Assembly: GCA_030704615.1 (NCBI GenBank)
Contig: CM060732.1
Location: 75,020,001 to 75,084,000, forward strand
Direction of reading: 5' to 3'
Source: Takakia lepidozioides
Lineage: Eukaryota > Plantae > Bryophyta
DNA: 64,000 nt
Each line of letters begins with the position of its first letter. The stretch's first letter is position 1. The translations under genes and the position numbers were made by a program. The notes beneath the pieces are model-generated. The model searched no databases. It was not told the DNA's origin and was given only the letters and a program-made list of their open reading frames with translations. Shown piece after piece: positions 22,989-36,300 of the stretch.

Positions 22989-24395
22989 CTAGTCTCTGGG
23001 TCTCCATTCAGTCCTCTGCTGATCAGCCTTCAAGGCTGCAAATTGAGTAGCTATGCTTTTTCCCAACTCACCCACAGTGTGAGCCAATTCTTGCAAAGCA
23101 GAGTCACTAGACTCAGATCCTACAGGAGAGGTCTCTCTCTCATCAAATGTGGCGGCCATGGTGTCTTCATGATCCATATAAGGGATCTGAAATTTCACAT
23201 GGTGTCGCCTTTGCTTTGCTTCAGCCAGGTCCCTAAGCTTAAGACTAACCTCATGCAACATCTCATCACTATCCTTGAAAGTACGACGTTGTCCCCAGGC
23301 TTTCACTTCTGCTGGCATGCCTCTCAAGAAGTGTTGTCTTCGCAACCTCTCCCTAATAACAACATCTTCAGGCACTTGTTCAACAGCAGCAGCCCTTAGA
23401 TCTAAAAAGTATTGCCAAAGAGACTCACCCTCTTTGTATGGCCGGCCACAAAGTTTGTCAAGGCTATCCAAAGGCCTCTCTGCAGGCTTAAAGATCATAA
23501 GGGCTCTTCTTTTAACCTTGGCCCAAGTCAGGTTAGCAACATGCAACAAATCACTAGCTTCTCCTTGCATGCTCATGCGGAATGTACCTATCATGACCTC
23601 TTCTGTAGCTTTGTTCATTTGAGCACTGACTTCAAACAATTCCAGAAAATTCTCTATCGTCTTTCCCATGTTATACTCAGGATAGGCATAAGTAATCACT
23701 GGTGCTACATGGTATACATGACCAGCATCTACATGTCCCTGAAAAGCCACTGCCTGAATTCCCAAATTATTGTGACTTGACCTCGCACCTCCATGCTCAT
23801 GAACTGCCATCCCTCCCATAGCCCGAGAGAGTGGTAATATAGTAGGTGGGGTACTGGACCATGACTGAAGAGCTGGTTGACTTTGTGCAAGCACTTGGCT
23901 TCGCACAGGGCCAGACCAAGCGGACTCACTAGCCACGTACAAAGGATGAGATGCACGAGAGGAGGTGACAGGCATACCTTGAAATTGAGGATTGTCATGC
24001 AAGGAAATAGGCCTCAATTCTGCCGGTGGAGCGGAACTCGAAACTAAGATGCTAGGCTGACTTGCAAGTGACTCCCCTATGTGATCCAAGCCGTCCATCC
24101 ATCGTGCATGGAAATCCATGGCATACAGGCTGGCCCTCGTATCACCTGCAACATCCAAGTTTTCCCGAATTCTACCACCCAAGCCAGGTCTGGTGCTAGT
24201 GGCTGCCGCAGGTCCAAGACCATTGGAAGCCCTAACCTGATTTCTACCATCAACCCCACTAAATCCTTCTTCCATTGATACCAAATCTGACTCTACAAAA
24301 GTCCTATGTCGAGGCTCAGTGACTGGAGATAACACATGAGCATATATCCTATTTCTACCTGAACGCAACCAACGGCTATTGGGCGAGTTGGACAT
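22989..24395 (-). CDS. gag: gag-like ORF of element 2
   Basis: IENFLELFE...MQGEA...GESLWQYF...QHFLRGMP is a retrotransposon capsid-like pattern; a zinc knuckle follows after a frameshift. Confidence 0.75.
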   Translation of the reverse strand: MSNSPNSRWLRSGRNRIYAHVLSPVTEPRHRTFVESDLVSMEEGFSGVDGRNQVRASNGLGPAAATSTRPGLGGRIRENLDVAGDTRASLYAMDFHARWMDGLDHIGESLASQPSILVSSSAPPAELRPISLHDNPQFQGMPVTSSRASHPLYVASESAWSGPVRSQVLAQSQPALQSWSSTPPTILPLSRAMGGMAVHEHGGARSSHNNLGIQAVAFQGHVDAGHVYHVAPVITYAYPEYNMGKTIENFLELFEVSAQMNKATEEVMIGTFRMSMQGEASDLLHVANLTWAKVKRRALMIFKPAERPLDSLDKLCGRPYKEGESLWQYFLDLRAAAVEQVPEDVVIRERLRRQHFLRGMPAEVKAWGQRRTFKDSDEMLHEVSLKLRDLAEAKQRRHHVKFQIPYMDHEDTMAATFDERETSPVGSESSDSALQELAHTVGELGKSIATQFAALKADQQRTEWRPRD

Positions 24396-24414
24396 TAGTT
24401 AGGAATCACCACCT

Positions 24415-25482
24415 TTAGAGATCTTCAACTTCCACTACACTGGTACACTGCCAAGCTTGTGGAGTCACAATCCTCAAAAGCTTGTGTGTCTCTTGATCGT
24501 GCTCAGCAAGAGCCAACCAATTCCACCCGCGGGAATTCTTGAACCAAAAACCCACATACAAGGTGTAGTCTGACCCCCAGTAACGGTCACTTCTCCAAGT
24601 TTGAGACAAGACAGTGCTCGGCGGCCAATGCCCGATGGAGTAAAAAACGTTCAGTTTGCAAATCGAGCGGAGAGCGAATCGCTCGTTAGGAAGAATAACA
24701 AGATTTCCTTGAAGAGCCTTCTCACTATGACCCGTGAGAGAATCAACAAGGTCATGGGTAGTAGGTGTACACACCGAAAGACTCCCAAATCTTAACAATC
24801 GTAACAAAATCGCACCAATGCCACTGGTGAACAAAGCCAAATGCCAGGGATCCACAAAATCGCAGGACACCAGCGGAACGTCAAGGGATTGAACGGAGAT
24901 TTGTTCGCAAAGCCCAAACTGCCTGAATTCCAGGGCACCGTAAGACAAAAATTGACTTTTGAGTTCGGGGATAGGCACCTTGAACTGTCTCCTCAAAGCT
25001 AGTTCTTTGTTAATCACACTATGGACTTCCCTCATCAGTAAAGCAGGATCGCTGATCCAGGCAGAGACTCTCTCCCGTTCAGTAGCTGAAAAACGCGAGA
25101 CGTCCACAAAAAATCGAGATTCAAATTTATCGATCCACACCAAGTCGTCACTGCTCAACTCGAGCTGCTCATTGTCAAACACAAAAGAGTCATGGATTTG
25201 CGAGTTAACATCAGGCAGCCCCTCAAGATCGTAAGCAGGCTCAACGTAGCCCAAACCGTAATCAGCTCTGTCAGGGTCACCGCTTGGCAAAGAGCCCGAA
25301 CTCACTGAGCCACGAGCCGAATACAAAGCTCTTTCTTCCAAGGCCGCTTCTGCCCTAGCATACGCTGAGTAGTTAGAGCCTGAGGAGGTAGGTCTTTCAA
25401 TGTCAGGAACAGGAACCCCTGGAATCAACAATGGAACACGCGCGGCAGGAGCTGCAGGCAATTTCCGAGACTGGACGACCAT
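24415..25482 (-). CDS. Accessory pre-gag ORF0 of element 2, unknown function (355 aa, intact)
   Basis: Open 355 codons ending 20 bp before the gag ATG; similar to ORF 2236-2985. Confidence 0.72.
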   Translation of the reverse strand: MVVQSRKLPAAPAARVPLLIPGVPVPDIERPTSSGSNYSAYARAEAALEERALYSARGSVSSGSLPSGDPDRADYGLGYVEPAYDLEGLPDVNSQIHDSFVFDNEQLELSSDDLVWIDKFESRFFVDVSRFSATERERVSAWISDPALLMREVHSVINKELALRRQFKVPIPELKSQFLSYGALEFRQFGLCEQISVQSLDVPLVSCDFVDPWHLALFTSGIGAILLRLLRFGSLSVCTPTTHDLVDSLTGHSEKALQGNLVILPNERFALRSICKLNVFYSIGHWPPSTVLSQTWRSDRYWGSDYTLYVGFWFKNSRGWNWLALAEHDQETHKLLRIVTPQAWQCTSVVEVEDL

Positions 25483-27321
25483 CCACCACCTGCAAACTGG
25501 GAGTAGATACAGGAACGCCTAAAACTAACTGGCTGGAACCCACCACGGAAGAGTTTGCAACCTCCACTCTCAGTTCTATCTTAACCAAAATCAAGCCGTT
25601 GTCCTCTCTCTCGCTTGACAAGCTACAGAGAACTGCAGACGCCATTGCAACACACAACTCTTGAACCAAAAACTTCTTCCAAAACCAGATTGAACCCGAG
25701 GTAACTGCGCAAAATCATTGTACGTGCGGAGCCGCCACTACCCACAAGACTCCACCATATTTTGTGCTTGAATGAGATTCTCCCGTCTTCACAAGTGCAC
25801 GTTAAACTAGGGGTGTAAGAGCTCGGAAGGAGCGGGCTTCACAGCACGAGAAGAGAGATGAACATGTAGAGGATCCCACGTACAACATATGCAGAGCTAA
25901 CACACACACATCCAAAGCTCACGTCCAGAAGCCCGTACACCAGGTTGTACATACGAGAAGAAGGGCCCTGACTCAAGGTCGGGAACAAGCTTATACCCAA
26001 AACCTAGGGTGAGGCAATACCCCACGTGGCAGCATGCCACGGGTTGCCTAGATTACAAACAGATCTGGCCCGTAGACCAATGAAGGGGCCAGATGCAGCC
26101 ACAAAACTCTAGAATAACCTCAAACAAGTATAGGTTGGGATCAACGTCCGGGGAGAACCGGCAGCCAGTTACATGCTAGCCGACTGAATTCCAGAATTTC
26201 CGAATGAAATATGAAACCTCAGGAAATGGATCCGAGGGAAAAAATGGCCGAAGTGGAAATCAACCGGGTGCCCTACTTTTAGGAAGGATATTTGCCTTTC
26301 CATTTCATTACAGACAGGAAATCTGCCTTAGTTGGCAAGGCCTGGACGGATTCCGGCCCTTCTTATATTACAAAAAATGGAAATGGCCGTCGAAGTCCAC
26401 CACATGGCAGAAATCCAACGTGCCAGGCCCGGTTACATCCAAGGAAGGGCGTTTAGGTGAAAAAATATTGAACTCGAAGAGGGCGGGCCCGCGGGCAAAC
26501 CCTACTAAGTCTGGACGTTGCTCTCGCAGCCCCAGCCCCACGCCTGCTTGCACTCGCTGCCTGCTATCACAGCTCACCTGTCCACGCGGGTTCAATTCTT
26601 GGCCTCCATGTGGTTTGAAGGCATTGACAGGTCCAACTTCTATAAGGATACAATGTTCTTCACTTGTTTGAATTGCTTAAAACTGGTTGTGATTATTTAT
26701 TTATTATTATTATTATTTACTTATTGTTGTGCATTTGACACTTGTGTTGTCAACCGGTTGATATTTATAAGGGCCGGATTTATAGCTGAACACAAAATAA
26801 ATCATTAGGAATATTACCGGTTGTAAAGAAATTATCTCGGAAATTGACCGGGTATAGTTACCACTAAGGGGCAGCAACCGACTGCCCAACCCACTTAGCC
26901 GATTGCTGCTGGGAATGAGCGGCTACTGGCTGGTTCAACTGAAATTATTTCCCGGACGCTGGTTGGGATGTATATAACGGCCTCCCGCCATAAATACTAA
27001 TGGCATGGATGAACTTGTCGGACTATGATGAATAGGCTGAAAGTCAGGCCAGGAGAACATGAGCCATCACACCACTGCATACCTAGTCTTGCCTTAAGGC
27101 ATGGCCCGAAAAAACTACTCAGTAGGTACGATCTAATGCAAAGGCCTGGGCCTTGTATATGCTAATTCGAGGATTGGCACTTCTTTAAGCAAAACATATA
27201 CAGAGAAGAAGCCCAGTCGAGGATCGAACACCGGAGCAGGTGACGTTGGAACTTGGATGAGCAACGGCGCCCCAATTCGGCCGGTCGGTTAGTTGGTTTC
27301 ACAGCAGCACGAAGGGATGGT

Positions 27322-30300
27322 ATGGCTTGCCCTAATCTCACTGAGCGAGACCTTGCCTGCCTTGCCTACAATGGCGTAGAGACAGAGGTCTTTTGCAGCA
27401 GTTGCAAAGCAGACGATATGGGGATCACAGGGGAGGATCTCCCGTATGAGAATTTGGAGGTTCCTGGAGTGGCATTCACGCAGGAGAGAGGCCACATTGA
27501 AGGTCTGTCTGAAGGATTTATTTCCCCCAAGAAGGGGTCGTCCAAAGGATTGTTCTTCAAGCACCATAGCAGGGCTGACGAGGCATTCTTTAAGAGCAAG
27601 CAGTCGAGGCTTGTGAGCGTGTTGGTAGGAACTCAGGAAGGAATTGAGGAATGGTTGAAGGTGTCGGGTCCTGCACGTTGCGCGCTGTGGGTGGATGCGC
27701 TTGGATCTCAGTCTCCTAGCGGTGCAAGTAAGAAATTCACAGGGGTGCTTAAATTGGCCTACAGATTGCGTTCGCACCATGTGTTCTACCAATCTGTCTT
27801 GGGTGACAGTGTTGTGAACCTATCCATAGTTAAAGACAAATCCTCGAAAAGAAGGAGGTCTAAGAAGGAATCCAGTTTCCTCGAATCAGAGGAGCCTGAT
27901 TTTGGTGGTCTCAGGAAGAGAGAGTGGGAAAAAACGGTGTTGGTTGGAGACACTGAGGACTCTGCAGCTTGCGGAGGTCGGCCTGGCAAGGGGTTTAGTG
28001 CGACAGCTGCAGTGCGGTGGTCGTTGGTAATGAATCTGGGAGCTTTTAAGCAGCTCGGCAATATGCTTTCTCCAGGTGGAGTCCTTTGGGAATTCCGGCG
28101 ACTTCTGATGCAGGTCAGTCAATATGCAGGCCACCTTGTAATGTCTCACCTATGTATAAAGACCAGCTAGGGAAAATGGACGCTCTTGGCTATGTTATAC
28201 CCAGATTGTTGTAACTATTTAAGGATTGCATTTTGGGAGATTTGTGGCTCAAAAGTACGACGATGGGTGTTTTCAAGGAATCCAAATCTTATTGGTATAC
28301 TCTTGCGATTTTTTTGAATCGAGGGTGTGAGCTATGACTTTTAGTCCCCTTGGCAGGATATTTGTGCTGCGGGCACTCTGACAGTGATATCCTTGCAACA
28401 CAGAATAATTGGAATGGAAATAATAGAACCTTCTGTTCTTCTAAAGGCACAACAAAATGCTTGTATCATAACATTCAAAGATCTAGTTGCTGTGGCGATA
28501 TGATCTTTTTACAGGTCATCCACCTCCCAGAATTTCTGGATGTTGATTTCAGACATCTGGATCTCACTGGCTGGCTTGCTCATCACCCCTATGCTGTCTT
28601 TGTGGCCGGGTCTGATACTCTGGTGGCACAACGGAATTGTGAGGGGGTCCTAGTGTGGACTATTTTGAGGTTTGATTTCAGGAAAGTGTTGATAATGCTT
28701 GCAAAGGGGAAGTTTGTGGAGGATTTGGAGAGCCATTTTGGTAGAGGTGAGAAAAAATTTCAGAGTAGATATTGCAAGAGGGACTTGCAGCCTTTTGGAG
28801 CTATTGGGGAGAGAAACAGGGAGCTGACTGATGATAAAGCAGGGCAATGCTCTCAAGATACGTCCGCAGTTCTGGAATGGAAGCTCTGGGGGGAGACCCT
28901 AAGGCAAAGGGAGGTTTTACATACAGGCCTGCTGGATACAATTCTACAACATACCTTACAGAATGGAGGGGATTATATCGTCGCAAGTTCACTGAGATCA
29001 TATTTCCACTCCTGGAAAGAAGCAAATACTTCAGCATGCTCCTTGTGGACGGATCTGGGAACTGCATTCAGGGAATCTAAAGCAAGTTGCCCAACTTTGG
29101 GCGGGATTCTCACATCAAAGGAACGCTGTGCTCTTTCACACATACGAAGTAGCAGTAGAGGGGTCCGCCAAAGAGGCCTCCAATTATTACTAGACTTGCT
29201 GCGGGATGGGCTAAGAGATACTAGTGTTTCATCGCATAATACAGGGCGCAAACAAGCTCACAAACAAGCTAGATCAACCCCTGTCACAGCTCGCTCTCAC
29301 AGCCTGGCACGCACACAACAGACCAATGAGATTGGTCTCTCCATGAAAAGACCCAGAAAAGGGGAAGAATTCTTAGAAAATGTCACAAGCACTAGTCAAG
29401 AAGATAATAAGCAAGAGCCCCACAGGAGTGAGAAACTCTTGAGAGTGAAAAACACAATGGATAGAGACCTGCAGTTTGAAGAGAAGCAGGAAACGGGTTT
29501 GTTGCCGGGACTCATGGCAGCCATGGATAGGCAATCTCATGGGGCACATTGGAAGGGGGAGAGAGATAAAAATTGGGTGGGAAGTCAGACTGAGAGAGCA
29601 CGAAAAGTGGCTGAGATGAACTGGACTCGGTTTGAGGAAATGAAGTCTGATCGCTCTTGTGGTTCAGCGGAGAGAGATAGCATCAAAGCCAATCATGAAC
29701 TTGGATGGGAGAGGGTGCTAGAGTGGCTCCAAAATGGGTTTCTTGAGGCACTGCTGAAGGAGGGTTTAGTTGGGCCCAAGAAAGGGAGCTCTGAACAATG
29801 GAAAGATGATAGTTCAACATTCCTAGATGTTAGAGAAATGGCAGATGCTTGCTTGAGAATTGTTCAACTTGTTCCTGGTGAGGGGACCTACCGCTTGGTC
29901 AATTATATGGCCTCCTCACTCCAAAATATTACGGAGGAGATTCTAGCAGTAGATGGTGTGGTCAATCCACAAACCGGAAAGTTAAACTTTGCTCCGAACC
30001 CACCTAGTTTGGAGCCCGAGCAGTGCAAAGCAAGGATTGTAGAAGAGAAGAATGAGCTCCAGGAGAGTTTAAAAGGGCAGAAGGAGAAGCTCCAAGAAGG
30101 GTTTGAGGAGCTGGTGTGTGTCTCGAGGCTTCTCTCTCTGCTTGTCTCAAAGTCAGTACTGGTGGCAGCAGGTCTGGCTGAAAAAAGAGGGCTCACACTG
30201 ATCCTTGAGCTGTATCTGTGCCTCGTAAACGCATTCCCTGTAAGTTTGAAAGCTGGAGGGAAACCAGCTCTTGCAGGAGAGGGTGATGAGAAAGGGGTGC

Positions 30301-33300
30301 TTCCAGGGGAGGTTTTGGAGGGACAAGAGGTGCCTTTGAAGGTTCTCAGATCTCTTGGTTCTGGCTCTCCATTTCTTGATAGTCAGTGTATTGCTGATGT
30401 GTGCAATGAAAGGGGCACTGTTCCTGAGTCTGCTACAGCTACCACGGATCCTAGAGCAAGCAGCAGTCTCCCATCGTTACTGCTTGGAAGGGGAGCACTG
30501 AGCATACCTCTCCGCCTTCAGGACAGTCTAGCTGAGAAAGAAAAGTCGCGAGATGCATCCGTCCAAGAGACACTGTCTACCTGTCCGGAACTCACAACTC
30601 AAGAAGACTCGGAAGACCCTCCTCTAAATGGGTGGTTGGAGGGGAAGGTGAGGTCCCCAGGTGCTACTGCGGGGCTTTCAGGTGCACCAATTGTTGACCT
30701 GGGAGACTCCAAACCACATTCAATCATTGGGCCTGAAACTGGAGGCCCTAATGGGATAGCTTCCGTTCAAACACTGGTTACTCACAGAAAAATAACCGAG
30801 TTCATGGGAACTGTCCCACAACAGAAGACAGCATTCAAACAGAGGAAGCCATGTGTGCCTAGGCTATTACTGACCTCATTAACAAGTGAAGCTCCTGCAC
30901 CCGTCACATCTATTGAACAAGGACAGCCAACATCTCCACAACAAGATGTCAGCTTTATTAACTGTGCTGTACCTGTTAATATTAGTGACTCAGGTCTTCT
31001 GTCGCAATCATCTATAGACACCTCAATACCTTTGATGACTGACACAATTTTCAATATGGTTTGTGAAGCCAAACTCCAGCTTTTACAGGCCTTTGCCTGC
31101 ATGCTTGCAAACCGCAGTATAACAGTCGACAGGCTCAAATGTGATCTGACTCGGAAACTTCATGAAGAGAATGGTGCAAAGTTGCTGTTGTGGTTTATGC
31201 CAGACCTGATCGGCGCTCCTCTCAACAGATTTCCTGCCTGTGTCGGTGCAAAATTCAAAAAGCTTATATTTCGGATTGTTTTCTTGCTAGATGTGACTGC
31301 TCATGAAAGTGACAGGTTCCTTGGGAGGCAAGAGTGTGACACTTGTAGAGGCAAAGATGCACCTGGCGGGCCTTGGTGGAGCGGACCAGGCCCACCCATG
31401 ACAATCGTTACTAAAAGATTCTCAGATGCTATGCTGGTAGAGATCCAAGAGCGGCTCTTCGACATCCTGTCCTGTTTGACTGCAACATTGCCAGACTGTC
31501 GCTCACCATCGGACATAGAACATGGACAGTGTGAGGAGGCATCAAAGATTACTGACTGCAGAAGAGCTAATGCTTGTCTTAAGGAAGGACAAGCAAGGGC
31601 ATATCTTTCAAAATTATGGGATGACATGGCACGGCTGCTAATAGTGCTGTCGGACTATGTTCAATTCTCACCAGAAAAGGCGGGAAGGTCCAGTGAAGTT
31701 TTGAAGTGCTGTGGTGTGCAAATGGACCAGATTCTAAGCCTGCTTGCAGCGCTTGGGGCCACTGCCTGCTGGGATCCTGCACAAATCTTGGCTACACAAA
31801 GTCTGCTGAAACTGCTGGCTGTGTCAATGCAAGATGTGATAGGTGGAGGGATGGAGGTGCTCCAGGTTTGGGGAAATGCTGAAGAGTTGCTGTGGCACAT
31901 GGTGGTGGGAATACCAGCACATTGGAACTGTCTTCTAGGCTACATGAGCTGGGTGGTATTGGACGTCTGCCAGCGGTGCTTGGGAAATGTTCTTGAGGAT
32001 TACCAAAAGTCCCTTCAGGAACCTGTAAGACTGTACTATTGTGCTCTGGGCCAAAGAGTGGGAATAGGAGGGATCTCAGAGCGCGTGTTTACTAGTTGTC
32101 AAGGCATGGAGGCTTCCCCACAGAATGTGCTTGGCTTCCTCAGACTTGTGGTCCTCTTTGTGCAGAGGAGGCTTGACTCGCAAAGACAGAGTGTTGAAGA
32201 GAGCTCACCTGTGTTTCAAATGACATGTCTTTTGTCTTTTCTGAAAGTGATAATGAGGCCAGCTGATGGGCTGTTGATGAGGGCCATAAGGGGGGGGAAA
32301 CATGGTAAAGTCTTCGAGACCAAAGAACAGGACACCTGCTTAAGCCCATTAACACAGGTCTTCAAATGGCAGAGTCAAGATCATAGCTTGCAGCAAGGCT
32401 ATGGATCTGCTGCGGCAAAGTCAGCTTCACATACACAGTATACAGACTCTCTTACGGGGCAACCAAATGGTCCTCAGAGAAGCCACACAGTAGGATTGTG
32501 CCCCAACTGTGCGGGCATGGTTGATGGCAGCCTAGTTGCTTCAAATTGGGCCTTGTGTGCGGAGCAAGAGAGCTTACATGTGCTGGCTGAAATCTTCAGT
32601 CTGAAATGCTCGTCCCGTATTGAGAGATGTGCATTGGAGAAGTTTGTACATGAGAAGAAGGGGACATTAGAAAACCCATTTCTTGCCAGAAAGTATCTGA
32701 AGCCCTTCCTTGAGACTGTCTACATGGGTTTCTTGGAGCTCTATAACACTGGAATTCAACATTCAGGGCCAGTGTCAGACCCTGTTGAACAGTCTGGGGT
32801 CTTCGCCTGTAGTGCACGAAGGGAATCAAGGGAAGATCTAAAATCAGAGTACACACATGCAAACCAAAGTCAGTGGGAAGGGGTACCTACAGGTGCTGGC
32901 AACCATGTGCAAAAGCTATGCAATCTAGAAGTTGGCCTTGAGGATGAGCAGATATCCATTGCATGTGCCGCGTATGCACGTGCACTCATGGCGGTAGCCC
33001 AGAATCAGACAGAGGATGCAAGTGAGAGGTTTCGCTTACTGGGTGTCATGGAATTCCTGGTTCAGCAAATTTCACTAGAGTATGAATTCTCTCAAGTAGC
33101 TACCCCTAAGGAGATGTTCATGATGGCCCAGGAAACACTGCTTAAGGTAGACGACACAAGGGGTGTATTCCAAGCACATGCAACTGATTCAAGCAGGATG
33201 TCAAAGACACATGGAGAGGCCTCTGTTTGCAGCTTGGGACATGTGGGTAGGGCAGAAGGAGACAGGGAACCACAGGAGGAAAAGGGGAGGGGATTGAATG

Positions 33301-36300
33301 AGAGAGCAGAAGGCAGCAAGTGGCAACTTTCTGACCTAGACAGGGAGCCTAAGCCAGTAGAGAGGATTGCATGTACGGACACTCCTTCCCATGCAAACCA
33401 GGTGTCGGTGTTTGAGTGCGTCAGTTCTAGCTCCACAATGACCTCCCATAAAGGGCAAAAGGGAACAGGCCTGAAGCTTCAGGATGCTCAGTTAATGTCC
33501 GAATTTGCAATGGGCTCCCCTGTGCATTTGGTCGATCTGCGAGGCTCTCACTTACCACCTCTAAAAGGAGGTGCGAAGGGAACTGGAGATGGCAGTGTTC
33601 TGGAGAGGGACGATATGGGAAACCAAACTATTCATCTTGGGTGTCTCTCTGCAAGAGATACGAGGCAATTTGGACTAAGAGGGCAGTTGGATCATTTGTG
33701 TGAGGGTCGGTCATCCAGTTTCCTTTCTGGTTGCCACGAGTTCATGTTGCAGTGGACTATGCAGCATACTTCCAGAGATCTCCCAAAGCAACTGGTGCAT
33801 TTTGTTGAAAAAGATGAGAATTCAACGATCTTGAGTGAGCGGGGCACTGACAGCACACGGCTTTCCTCCCATTCAACTGGAAGGCTGGCAAGACAGCTGT
33901 CAGGCCAGGATCAAACTGAGAAGGACTCAGGAGCATTTGGATTTGGTGTCAACAACTTGGCAGCAGCAGAAGGTGGGGGAGTTGCAAGCTTGACCACACC
34001 TAGGTTGAAGGGGGAGTTTGTGTATAGTGGCCGTTTTTTTGACTTGAATGAGGAGGTTGAGCGAGAGCTGGCGGAGGAAGTTGAGATGAGCTGTAATCCA
34101 AGAGCTAGTCATGTGAGAGATCTGAGCCAAAAGGGAAAGCGACCCAAGGTTTGCAATGTGGAGGTGTTAAGAGAGAAGATCACAGGCAGTCTAGACCTGA
34201 GACGTCTTACAGGTAGAAGTGTAACGAGTGAATCTGATAATAACCACCAAGCACAAGTTGACAAAGAGACCCCTCACTCTAGCTCTGGTCAGGATCCAGA
34301 GCATAACAGCAGTCGTCCCATGATACCGAAGCTTAATTTTCCCAAAGCAGCCAGAAAAGGGGGACCAGATTCAGGCTCCAGGGATGCAGCAGAGATGGAA
34401 CCCCTGAAAGTCGGTGCAGGGGATATCAGTGAGAAGTGTCTGACTGAGCATTACAGCAAAGGCAGCCCTGGAGGGAAGAAGACATATACGGACACTGGGG
34501 AGAGCAGAGCGCAAGTGTGGCAAGTATCTGTGCTATATGGGAATGAGTGCTGGAAAAGACGTTTGTATCGTAATGGAGGGTTGCATGTGCTGTTGTTGGA
34601 GCTCTTCATATACCTCATGCTCTCCCCAGAGTACATTCCTTGTCGTCTCATCAAATGACTTCCTCTTGCATCTCATTCTGGTGCTCCTAGTGCTTTGAGT
34701 CTGTGAGATGGAGAGTAGAGTCAATCAACAAGAGAGGATTTCTTTCGCTCGACAGAAAGTAATAGAAGTGAGGTCTCGTGACTACCAGGTAAGAGTCCTC
34801 TCTCTGCAATGCTGCACGGTTCCCATGTTATGAGAGTGTGCTCCAGTCAATCTACTGGTGACATGTCGTGGTCAACTGTTAATAGTAGTGGGACTGGGAG
34901 CAGATCAGTTTTATGAGCTGGGTTGATTGTCTGAGCTATGACAAACCTAGTGCTAATGCTGACAAGCCAGGTGGTTGTGTTGGGAACCACTATTGATAAT
35001 CAGCCACCTTCGTCTAGGAGTTGTGCATCTGGATCATTTTGGAACAGCAGATATCCAGTTGACCCAATTGCCAGAACCACGTGCTGCCACCCAGAAGAGA
35101 TTTTGTGTGGTGATAGATAACTCAGAGAATCTGTCGCCAATTTCAACCTCAATTTTGGACCTAGAAAACAAGGCCTTCAGCACACAAGAGCAGATCAATC
35201 AATGCACAAAAAAAACAGGCACATCACCTGAGATGTACCACCCAAAGTGCTGATTTGTGGTGTATTCGGAAGTTCTTGGTTGGTGGGACCCCAAGAATGG
35301 TTCTTAAAGATCACTGGCAATTTTTACACCCAAAAGTGAAGCTGAGCATGCTCTAACCTGTTGTGTGATGTGAAGCAGGGGGTCATTGGAGCCACATTAC
35401 AGTGATCGGTTTCCCATGGAGAACCGCAAACTCAACGCTCCTTTCTTCCTCACTTACCGTATCCTGTGCAAGATTTTACAGATAGCTTATAATGTGATTT
35501 GGTATCACGCGTAGATATAAAGGATCTGAAAATTTATCAAGTGAAGGGAAGGGTGATGAATGAATTATGCTTGCCATGCAATTCACAAGAACAACAAGAG
35601 GTAGAAAGAAAGTACCAAAGAAGCACAGAGAGCTTCTCTTCCTGAGATGGAATGAGATCAGACTTGAATCATGCAGCAAATGCATATGTGATGCCTAGTT
35701 TGGTCAAACGAATTGGTGACTTTCAACCCTCGGCTTTCCGTATTTTGAAACTGACCTGGCGTGCACTCTTCAATCCATTGAACTACACCAACCGCAATCA
35801 CATTGCACAGGGTGCCTTTGCTCAGGTAACTTCGCCTCCAGAGACTCTGATGTCTCCTTTCTGCCAAAGGAATCTCCTCTAGCTTCTATTACGTTTTCTT
35901 TAATCCTCCAGTCAGCACAAGCAGTCGCTTGTGCTTTGCTTAGATAACTTGACAAACAGGGCAGCACCTGATTTGATGAGAATTGCACCACTGCTCACTT
36001 CAGTGGCACAAACCCAACCAATATATTGGAAAAGCTGAACAACTTTTGAACCCTTGCCAAGACACCGGCCCGTCTGTGCAGGTATATACAGCAACACATG
36101 AGAGACAAGAGGATGGTGTGAGCATCAAGGAAGGAGTTGTGTTGAAGGTGAGTGATTTTGTTTCGAGAGATTTTGTTGCACTGGAGCTTAGTTTTTACAG
36201 TTTGTGAAATTGATGCTAATGAAATTCAGTCACAATTAAGTAGTTCGCCCAAGGCTTCATGATGATGTGTTTTTGTAAGATCTCAAAAGCACCCTGCAGA

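Larger units (their letters stand above)
21430..25760 (-). mobile_element. Ty3/Gypsy-like element 2: ORF0-gag-PR-dUTPase-like-(RT start), 3' truncated
   Basis: ORF0 25482-24415; gag 24395-22989 and knuckle CYICGSDEH near 22870; PR YVVDTG near 22580; dUTPase-like domain; RT N-terminal text HDIETEGPPVKQFAYR..EEIKQ breaks off at ~21430. Confidence 0.82.

Noticed and set aside
25750-26600. Candidate PBS (TGGTGGAG on the minus strand, tRNA-Ala-like) and 5' LTR of element 2
   Set aside because: Only an 8-nt match, a 5-nt gap to the nearest CA, and no second LTR or clear terminal inverted repeat to fix the boundaries.
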